64,000 bases of DNA from Verrucomicrobiota bacterium (GTDB lineage Bacteria > Verrucomicrobiota > Verrucomicrobiia > Limisphaerales > UBA1096), in assembly GCA_014382705.1 (NCBI GenBank), contig JACNJE010000082.1, positions 19,665 through 83,664 on the forward strand, in the 5' to 3' direction. Both the position numbers and the translations under genes were made by a program. The notes below the pieces were generated by a model, which worked only from the letters and a program-made list of their open reading frames with translations, ran no database searches and had not been told where the DNA came from. This document shows positions 57,410-64,000 of the stretch, in pieces (position 1 is the stretch's first letter; each line of letters starts with the position of its first letter).

Positions 57410-58183
57410 TCAATCGAGCTTGACCGGTTTCAAAACGATTTTACGGAAGGCCACCGGGCCGTGGTCGCCCTGCAACATCAGCGGGCCGGTGGGCTGTTCG
57501 TCGGCGAACGCCGCCGCCCGCGTCGGGCCGGTCACCTCGACGTCGTGGTGGATCAGCTGCCCGTTGTGGATCACCTTGACGAACCGGGCGTTCGCGATTT
57601 TTTTCCCGGCCTTGTCGAAGCGCGGCGCGCGGAAGGTGACGATGAGCTTCTGCCACTGGCCCGGCGGCCTGCTGGCGTTGACGATGGGTGCGGCGCCCCC
57701 GAAGCCCTTGCCGTCGGCCCAGCGCTCGTAGACGCCGCCGTTGTCGCCGGAGGTAATTTTCTTTTTCCCGAAGCTGTCGAAAATCTGGATCTCGTACCGA
57801 CCCTGGAAATAAATCCCGGAGTTCGATCCCTGCGGCACCATGTACTCGATGGCCGCCATCACGTCGCCGTGCACCTGCTTGCTGAACAGATTGCTCGTAC
57901 GGCCGTTGTCGCCGTTGACGAGTACACCCTTGCCGGCGGCGAGCGCCAGCCTCTTCGGGTTGTCCGGCGCCGGCGTGGCGGTCTTCGCCAGTTTCCAGTC
58001 GCCCAGCGGCGCGCGCCAGCCGTCGAGCGACTGGCCGTTGCTGACGGTGATGCTGGTCTTGGCCGGGGGCGGGGGCGGGGCTAACTGCGCCCGCGCTTGG
58101 CCAAGCGCAAGCACCCCGGCCGACAGCAGGAGGCGGCGCCAGGCCAAGCGGGATGCCTCACTTGTGATCTCAAAAAAACGCAT
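57410..58183 (-). CDS. DUF1080 (3-keto-disaccharide hydrolase-like) secreted protein
   Basis: Signal peptide and ...LMLQGDHGPVAFRKIVLKPV, a C-terminal pattern typical of DUF1080. Start set at MRFFEITS (58183). Confidence 0.7.
   Translation of the reverse strand: MRFFEITSEASRLAWRRLLLSAGVLALGQARAQLAPPPPPAKTSITVSNGQSLDGWRAPLGDWKLAKTATPAPDNPKRLALAAGKGVLVNGDNGRTSNLFSKQVHGDVMAAIEYMVPQGSNSGIYFQGRYEIQIFDSFGKKKITSGDNGGVYERWADGKGFGGAAPIVNASRPPGQWQKLIVTFRAPRFDKAGKKIANARFVKVIHNGQLIHHDVEVTGPTRAAAFADEQPTGPLMLQGDHGPVAFRKIVLKPVKLD
58093..58108. repeat. 16-bp palindrome inside the DUF1080 signal-peptide codons
   Basis: GCGCTTGGCCAAGCGC. Translates as ..LALGQARA.. Confidence 0.9.
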
Positions 58184-58513
58184 GCGGCTTCGGGCGGGAT
58201 AGTATCGGGACGGCCGCTTGGCCGCAATCTTTGGAGTGTGCGGCAAGCGCAACACGACACCGCCTTGAATTGAGCCGAACAGGTTGCGACTGTCTTTTTG
58301 CTGTGCGAAAGCGCCGTCGCCGCAACGCTTTGTCGACGCACTCCAAAATTGGCCAAGCGCTCCCCCGGGGCCAGTTGGCATCTGCGTTGCTTCTGTTTTT
58401 TCGAAAATTTGGCTTGCAAAGGCGTTGCCAAAAAATAGCCTCTGCTCCAGTCCCGTCCAATAACGGGCCAAAAACACAGACTATATGATAAACCACGGCA
58501 TGGGGGGCGCGCT

Positions 58514-59209
58514 TTGAGTCGCCCCAGAGGCGGAAGGCGCCCGTATCGGGCACCCAAGGAGCGAGTAAACGGGAGAATTCGGGCCAGGGAAGTCCGGCTC
58601 TTGGCGGACGATGGGAGACAACTGGGGGTGTATTCCATCCAGGATGCCATGCGAAAGGCCAAGGAGCAGCAGCTGGACTTGGTCGAGATTTCACCCAACG
58701 CCAAACCGCCGGTTTGCCGGATCACTGACTACGGGAAATATTCCTACGATCAGAAACGGCTACGCAAGGAGCAAAAGAAGGCCACCGTCACGGTCAAGAT
58801 CAAGGAGATCCAGCTTCGCCCGAACATCGATCCGCACGACTTCACCTTCAAGCTGAACCACGCGATCGACTTCCTCTGCGAAGGCATGAAGGTCAAGGTC
58901 ATCCTGCGGTTCCGCGGCAAGGAACTGCGCACAAAACATATCGGCCTGCAAACCATCGAGGCGTTCATCGAGAAAATCAAACCGTGGGGAAGCTGCGACA
59001 CCAAGCCGCGCGAAGCCGGCCGCAGCGTCATCGTCCTCATCAACCCGCTGTCCAAGAACGTGCGGGCGCCGCACCCGAACCCCGAGGAGCGCGCTGTCGA
59101 GGTGGAGCACGACGAAATCCGGCACGTCGAGGGCGCGGACATCAAAAAGTCCAGAAGTGGTTTTCGCAACAAGGCGCTCGATAACATCAAGCTCCCGGCG
59201 AAAAGCTAA
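58514..59209 (+). CDS. infC: Translation initiation factor IF-3 (non-AUG start, C-terminal extension)
   Basis: [22 protein letters not shown]..., [22 protein letters not shown], and [14 protein letters not shown]...VILRFRGKE. The ORF starts at a TTG. Confidence 0.9.
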   Translation: MSRPRGGRRPYRAPKERVNGRIRAREVRLLADDGRQLGVYSIQDAMRKAKEQQLDLVEISPNAKPPVCRITDYGKYSYDQKRLRKEQKKATVTVKIKEIQLRPNIDPHDFTFKLNHAIDFLCEGMKVKVILRFRGKELRTKHIGLQTIEAFIEKIKPWGSCDTKPREAGRSVIVLINPLSKNVRAPHPNPEERAVEVEHDEIRHVEGADIKKSRSGFRNKALDNIKLPAKS

Positions 59210-61065
59210 CCCGGCAGCACGCCGCGCTTCTCAAGCATCTCCGCCATCACACGGTCCATCATCCGCTCCGCCAGCGGCTGCGTGGCGACGTCGAGTTTGC
59301 CGTTGGCTTCCTTAAGCTCGGCTGCCGTCACCGGTGCCTCACGCCCCGGCTTGGCCAACAGCGACTCCACCGCCGCCAGCGCCGACTCGATCGCCCCACG
59401 CTGATCCGCCGCCAGCTCGCCGCCGAGCGTCTCCAGCCCTTTTCGTGTGGCCTCCGTGGTTTGCTCGGCGCGCAGCTTGGCCTCGATCCAACGCCGTTCC
59501 TCGATGTCGTCAAATGCGTGCTCGACCGATTCCTCGATCATTTGCTGCACTTCGGCATCATCGACCTCCACGGCAGAACTCATCTCGACGAGCTTTTCGT
59601 TGCCGGTTTTGATGTCTCGCGCCAGCACGTGCAAAATCCCGTCGGCGTCGATCTCGAACTGTACGCCCACCTTGGCCACGCCCTTCGGTTGCGGCTCGAA
59701 CTCGAGCGTGAACCGCCCGAGGCTCCAGTTGTCGGCCGCCTTTTCGCGCTCGCCCTGCAGCACGTGGATGAGCACCTCTTTTTGGTAGTCGGCCACCGTC
59801 GTAAACGCCTCGCCGCGCTTCACCGGGATCGTTGTGTTGCGCGGGAGGATCACGTTCATCAACCCGCCGAACGTCTCGATGCCGAGTGAGAGCGGCGTCA
59901 CGTCCAGCAGCAGCATTCCGCTGAAGTCGCCGGACAAAATCCCGGCCTGAATCGCCGCCCCCAGCGCAATCGCCTCGTCCGGATTCTGCGACGTGTTCAG
60001 CTCCGGCCCGCCGTCGCCGCACCCGAACACCCCCGACGCAAACTCGCGCACAAGCGGCATCCGCGTCTGCCCGCCGACAAGGATCACCTGATCGAGATCG
60101 CCGTTGGCCAAGCCGGCATCGGCCAGCGCCTTGAAGCAATACTCCCGCGTGCGCGTGACAATCGGCTTGGCCAAGCTCGAAAGTTGTTCCCGCGTCAGCG
60201 TGTGCTCGAAACTGAATCCTGGCGTCAGAAACGGCAGCTCGATGGCCGTCTTGGCTTCCGTGGACAACCGCGCCTTGGCCTCCTCCGCCGCCTCGGCCAA
60301 GCGCGCCCACAGCGCCGGATCACCGGCAACGCTTGGCCCGCCCGCTTGGCCAATCTGTTCGGCCAAGTGATCGATCAACGCGCGGTCGATGTCGTCGCCG
60401 CCCAGCTGCGTGTTGCCGCAGGTGGCCAACACTTGAAACACGCCCTCGTTCAACTCGAGGATCGACAGGTCGAACGTCCCGCCGCCGAGATCGTACACCG
60501 CCACCTTCGATTTTTCCTTCAGCGAACCCAGCCCGTAAGCCAGCGCGGCGGCGGTCGGCTCGTTGATGATGCGCTCCACCCGCAGCCCCGCCAGCTCGCC
60601 GGCCTTGCGCGTCGCGTTGCGCTGGGCGTCATTGAAATAAGCCGGCACCGTGATCACCGCCGCCTCTGGCCGGTCGATCATCCCCTCCGCCGCAATCGTC
60701 CGGAGCGCCTTCAGAATCTCGGCGGACAATTCCTCCGGCGACCAATCGCGCCCGTGCAATGGCACCGCCACCGGCCCGCTGCCCTCGGCGCGGATCGGAT
60801 ACGCCATCGTGTCGCCGGTCGACTCCACCTCGCCGCCGCGGCGTCCCATGAACCGCTTGATGGACGTGACCGTCGTCTCCGGATGGGCTGCCCGCCCGCG
60901 CCTGGCCTCCCAACCGACCACCGGCTCGCCGGCCGCCGGGACACGCACCACCGACGGCATCAACCGCCGCCCTTGGCCGTCCGCCAACACCAGCGGAATG
61001 CCGGACTCCACGATCGCCACCAGCGAATTCGTCGTGCCAAGGTCTATGCCAATAATTTTCCCCAC
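59206..61065 (-). CDS. Hsp70-family chaperone (HscA/DnaK-like)
   Basis: [27 protein letters not shown] and DLGGGTFD motifs. Confidence 0.85.
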   Translation of the reverse strand: MGKIIGIDLGTTNSLVAIVESGIPLVLADGQGRRLMPSVVRVPAAGEPVVGWEARRGRAAHPETTVTSIKRFMGRRGGEVESTGDTMAYPIRAEGSGPVAVPLHGRDWSPEELSAEILKALRTIAAEGMIDRPEAAVITVPAYFNDAQRNATRKAGELAGLRVERIINEPTAAALAYGLGSLKEKSKVAVYDLGGGTFDLSILELNEGVFQVLATCGNTQLGGDDIDRALIDHLAEQIGQAGGPSVAGDPALWARLAEAAEEAKARLSTEAKTAIELPFLTPGFSFEHTLTREQLSSLAKPIVTRTREYCFKALADAGLANGDLDQVILVGGQTRMPLVREFASGVFGCGDGGPELNTSQNPDEAIALGAAIQAGILSGDFSGMLLLDVTPLSLGIETFGGLMNVILPRNTTIPVKRGEAFTTVADYQKEVLIHVLQGEREKAADNWSLGRFTLEFEPQPKGVAKVGVQFEIDADGILHVLARDIKTGNEKLVEMSSAVEVDDAEVQQMIEESVEHAFDDIEERRWIEAKLRAEQTTEATRKGLETLGGELAADQRGAIESALAAVESLLAKPGREAPVTAAELKEANGKLDVATQPLAERMMDRVMAEMLEKRGVLPG

Positions 61066-61135
61066 CGCCCAAACCTGCCACGCCCCCGCCGCCCCGGCAC
61101 GTCAAATCCCCTGCTGCCGCTCCGGCGTTGGCTTG

Positions 61136-61149
61136 CGCTTGGCCAAGCG
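61136..61149. repeat. Palindrome copy in the hsp70/lipoprotein divergent spacer
   Basis: Exact 14-mer, 16 nt upstream of the lipoprotein ATG. Confidence 0.9.
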
Positions 61150-61164
61150 TTAACATTGCTGGCG

Positions 61165-62481
61165 ATGCGTTGGGGTTGTCTTTTGGGTTTTGTGCTGCTG
61201 CTGACGGGGTGTGCCAGTTACGAGAGCCAGACCGGGGCGTTTCGCGGGGCGTGGAACGGCGGCAGCACGGGGCAGGCCGCGCAGATCGCCAGCCGGGAAG
61301 TCGGCAAACGCAGCGACTCGCGCGACGCCGTGGTGTGGTTTCTCGAGCAAGGCGCGGCGCTCCGATCCGACGGCCAGTTCGCGGCCAGCAACCACGCGTT
61401 CGAGCAGGCCGAAAAGCGGATCGCGTTTTACGACCGGCAGGCAAAGTTGCGGCTATCGAGGGAGACCACCGGTTTGCTGACCAACTTAGCCACGTTGCCG
61501 TATGAGGGGCGCGGCTACGACCGGGTGATGCTCAACACGTATCAGGCGCTGAATTTCCTGCAGCTTGGCCAAGCGGAGGCCGCGCTGGTCGAGTTGCGGC
61601 AGGCGCACACTGCGCAGGATGCCGAGGTCGTCCGCAACGCACGCCGCATCGTCGCCGCCCGCAAGTCCGCCGGGGAATACGAGCGGGCCATTCGCGGCGT
61701 GCAACTTGACGATCTTCAGCCGGACCTCGCGCTGGACTATGGCGCGTTCGTCAACCCATTCACCGATTTTTTGCACGCGCTCTGCCTCTGGAGCCTCGCT
61801 GCTGATGACCGCGAAAACGCACTCGTCTCGCTCCGTCGCATCCACTCGACGCTGGGTGGGCCGGGGTTTCTCGCGGAGGAAATCAAACGGGTCGATCGCA
61901 TCCTCGGCGGCGCGAAGCATCCCGACCTGACGTACGTCATCTTTGAGACCGGCGTGGCGCCGATCCGCCGCGAGGTCAGGCTCGACGTGCCGTTGCGCAG
62001 TGAAAAGGTGCGCTACGTCGCGGCGGCATTTCCCCGGCTCGAACCGCGGGGCCGGCCGACTCCCGCGCATATTGCCATCGGCGGGGAGCGGCACGAGGCG
62101 ACGCTGATTTGCGACATGGATGCCGTGGTCGGACGCGACTTTCGCACTGAGTTGCCGGCAGTGGTATTGCGCACGCTGGCCGCCGCCGCCGCCAAGGCGG
62201 CGATTGCGAAAAAAGTGCGGGAGGAATCCGGCGACCTCGGCGCGATCGCCGCACTGCTTTATCAGGCGACTACCGCCCAGGCCGATCTCCGCACGTGGAC
62301 CACGCTGCCGAAGGCGTTCCGCGTCTGCCGCGTCGAGACGCCGGGCGACCGCAAATTGACGCTGCTCGTCGGCCCGCAAAAAAACGAGGTCACGGTGAAT
62401 ACCGGCCGCGTGAACGTGGTCTGTGTCAAAAGTTTTGCGCCGGGAGCGCCCTTGCAGATTCAACAGTTTCGACTAAAATAA
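61165..62481 (+). CDS. Lipoprotein of unknown function (COG3014-like, tentative)
   Basis: Lipobox LGFVLLLTGC. 438 aa. Start chosen inside the long 60184..62481 ORF, where the signal peptide begins. Confidence 0.45.
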   Translation: MRWGCLLGFVLLLTGCASYESQTGAFRGAWNGGSTGQAAQIASREVGKRSDSRDAVVWFLEQGAALRSDGQFAASNHAFEQAEKRIAFYDRQAKLRLSRETTGLLTNLATLPYEGRGYDRVMLNTYQALNFLQLGQAEAALVELRQAHTAQDAEVVRNARRIVAARKSAGEYERAIRGVQLDDLQPDLALDYGAFVNPFTDFLHALCLWSLAADDRENALVSLRRIHSTLGGPGFLAEEIKRVDRILGGAKHPDLTYVIFETGVAPIRREVRLDVPLRSEKVRYVAAAFPRLEPRGRPTPAHIAIGGERHEATLICDMDAVVGRDFRTELPAVVLRTLAAAAAKAAIAKKVREESGDLGAIAALLYQATTAQADLRTWTTLPKAFRVCRVETPGDRKLTLLVGPQKNEVTVNTGRVNVVCVKSFAPGAPLQIQQFRLK

Positions 62482-62490
62482 ATCGCAGAC

Positions 62491-63099
62491 ATGAAATCGG
62501 GAATCAAACTCATCGCCGCCGCCGTGCTGCCCGCGCTCGCGCTGGGCTGCGCCACGGCCAAGTACATCGACCACGACGGCCGCGACAGCGTGGTCAACGT
62601 CGGCCAAATCAACACTCAGGACTGGATCCGCGCGGCCGACGAGTTGACGCAATCGCTGCTGCTCTCCGGCGCGATCCAGTCGGTCGCCGGCAAGCCGAAG
62701 GTGCTGATGATCGGCCGCATCAAAAACAACACCACGCAGCACATCGACACCGACAGTTTGATGAAAAAAATCCGCGTGGCGCTGAACAAGGGGGGCCGCG
62801 CGCTGACCACCACGGCAGTCGGCCTTGACGGCCCGGAGGATGCGTCGTCCAAGGCGGTGCGCGAGTTGCGGGCCGACGACGAGTTCAACCAAGCGACCCT
62901 CCCCGGCAAGGGCAATCTCGTCTCCCCCGACTACAGTTTGTCCGGCAAGATCATCCAGAACGACGCCCGCGCCGGCCGCATCAAGCAGTCCGAGTTTGCC
63001 TTTCAGCTTTCGCTGACCGACTTGAAAACCGGCCTGGCCGTTTGGGAGGAGGAGAAGCTCATCGTCAAGCAGGGCTCACGCGCTGCGGTGGGGTGGTAA
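62491..63099 (+). CDS. LpoB-like lipoprotein (penicillin-binding protein activator family, tentative)
   Basis: Lipobox LALGC and ...KPKVLMIGRIKNNTTQHIDTDSLMKKIRVAL... resemble LpoB/YcfM (COG3417). Assignment from memory. Confidence 0.5.
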   Translation: MKSGIKLIAAAVLPALALGCATAKYIDHDGRDSVVNVGQINTQDWIRAADELTQSLLLSGAIQSVAGKPKVLMIGRIKNNTTQHIDTDSLMKKIRVALNKGGRALTTTAVGLDGPEDASSKAVRELRADDEFNQATLPGKGNLVSPDYSLSGKIIQNDARAGRIKQSEFAFQLSLTDLKTGLAVWEEEKLIVKQGSRAAVGW

Positions 63100-63150
63100 G
63101 TTTCCCGGTTCCTGATTGGGACGAGGTGGAACCCGTTCCTCCCGCAGCTC

Positions 63151-63174
63151 TTTTGCGCTTGGCCAAGCGCAAAA
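63151..63174. repeat. 24-bp perfect palindrome TTTTGCGCTTGGCCAAGCGCAAAA (bidirectional terminator-like)
   Basis: Read from the sequence. Located 52 nt after the lpoB-like stop and 56 nt before the next ATG. Confidence 0.9.
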
Positions 63175-63229
63175 ACCTTTCCGAAACCCCAGCTCGCGGT
63201 GATACTCCCCGTGCCTTCGGGGCATCATT

Positions 63230-63814
63230 ATGGATTGGCATTTCCGCTCACGCTCACACCACTGCGACGACTGCGAAGCCGCGTTCGAGGACAAGCAACC
63301 GTACCATACGATCCTCTTTCGGGGCATGGAAAGCCTGGAGCGCCGGGACATCTGCCCGGGTTGCTGGGAGCAAAAACACAAGGCCAAGCCGGGCGCGATG
63401 GGCGGCTACATCTCCCATTGGCAGGGCGTTTACGAGGTGCCGCCCCCGCCCCCGCCTGAGGCGATCCAAAAGGACAACGCCGAGACGCTGCTGAAGAAGC
63501 TGATCGAGCAGAACGACCCGGGGCACACCGAGGCCTGCTTCATTCTCGCGGTCATGCTCGAGCGCAAGCGCGTCATCAAAAACAAGGATCAGGTCCGCAA
63601 CGAGGACGGCGGGCGCATGCTGATCTACGAGCACACGCAGTCCGGCGACGTGTTCACCATCCTCGATCCGGCGCTGAAGCTGTCCGAACTGGGCGACGTG
63701 CAGGCCAAGGTCGCCGAACTGCTCGAGCACGGCCTCAACCCGCCCGACACGAATGAAGTCGCGGAGGCCGACGGAGAACCGGAGCCGGTTGCTGCCGCCA
63801 CAGATGAACCCTGA
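63230..63814 (+). CDS. Hypothetical protein with an N-terminal Cys4 zinc-ribbon-like motif
   Basis: 194-aa ORF with CDDC...CPGC. Its stop overlaps the rnc start by 11 nt, suggesting translational coupling. Confidence 0.35.
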   Translation: MDWHFRSRSHHCDDCEAAFEDKQPYHTILFRGMESLERRDICPGCWEQKHKAKPGAMGGYISHWQGVYEVPPPPPPEAIQKDNAETLLKKLIEQNDPGHTEACFILAVMLERKRVIKNKDQVRNEDGGRMLIYEHTQSGDVFTILDPALKLSELGDVQAKVAELLEHGLNPPDTNEVAEADGEPEPVAAATDEP

Positions 63815-64000
63815 TCCCACCGAGTTGCAGCCGCTGGAGCAGGTGCTCGGACACACGTTTCGCGACGCCAGCCTGCTGCGGCTCGCCATCACGCATCCCT
63901 CGGCGTCCGGCAACCAGTCGAAGCCGTCCGACGACAACCAGCGGATGGAGTTCCTCGGCGACGCCATCTTGCAGGCGGTCATTTCCGAGGCGCTTTACCG
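63804..64000 (+). CDS. rnc: Ribonuclease III (C-terminus beyond window)
   Basis: My own translation from the ATG at 63804 gives MNPDPTELQPLEQVLGHTFRDASLLRLAITHPS...QRMEFLGDAILQAVISEALY, which is the RNase III signature. The frame is open to the window end. Confidence 0.85.
   Translation, partial: MNPDPTELQPLEQVLGHTFRDASLLRLAITHPSASGNQSKPSDDNQRMEFLGDAILQAVISEALY

Noticed and set aside
58500-58517. Treating the 5-codon ORF MGGAL upstream of infC as a real leader peptide feature.
   Set aside because: It is too short to support as a gene. It is mentioned only as part of the infC finding.

Overview
High-GC (~65%) chromosomal segment. The gene content looks Verrucomicrobiota/Opitutales-like (PVC-type heme-binding CxxCH protein, DUF1080, a protein resembling the exosortase-associated TIGR04073 family, futalosine-pathway radical SAM enzyme); this taxon call is inference only. 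I support about 52 protein-coding genes, mostly housekeeping: tatA/tatC, ispE, two-subunit class I fumarate hydratase, hppA, t6A genes (Sua5/tsaC, tsaB, tsaE), thiL, purH/purF/purL, glnS, uvrD, aroE, infC, rnc. Also present are envelope and secretion genes (secretin, prepilin peptidase, Wzc/Wza/beta-barrel export module, TolC-like, S8 protease, a 1344-aa triple-LamG protein), one flagellin gene, a hybrid histidine kinase and a small type II toxin-antitoxin pair. I recognised no rRNA, tRNA, CRISPR array, transposase or integrase. Two signals stand out. (1) The perfect palindrome GCTTGGCCAAGC, usually CGCTTGGCCAAGCG, occurs at least 41 times exactly, against about 0.01 copies expected by chance. 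It is found inside genes in only three tolerated reading frames (LGQA, LAKR, AWPS). It is roughly 9-fold denser in spacers, where it often lies within a few nt of stop codons or stacked in divergent promoter regions. It is missing from low-GC, probably acquired genes. I know of no described function for it. (2) A clear SAM-I riboswitch with an intrinsic terminator precedes a thrC-like / MoaD-like (C-terminal GG) / NIL-domain operon. This argues for sulfur-carrier-dependent homocysteine (methionine) synthesis rather than threonine synthesis. Smaller observations: a TatC with a His/Asp-rich tail, a prepilin peptidase with a ~95-aa insertion, a non-canonical low-GC Nramp-family gene, a sigma-28-type flagellin promoter, and several hairpin/REP-like spacer elements. 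All coordinates and counts were derived by eye from the sequence and should be recomputed.
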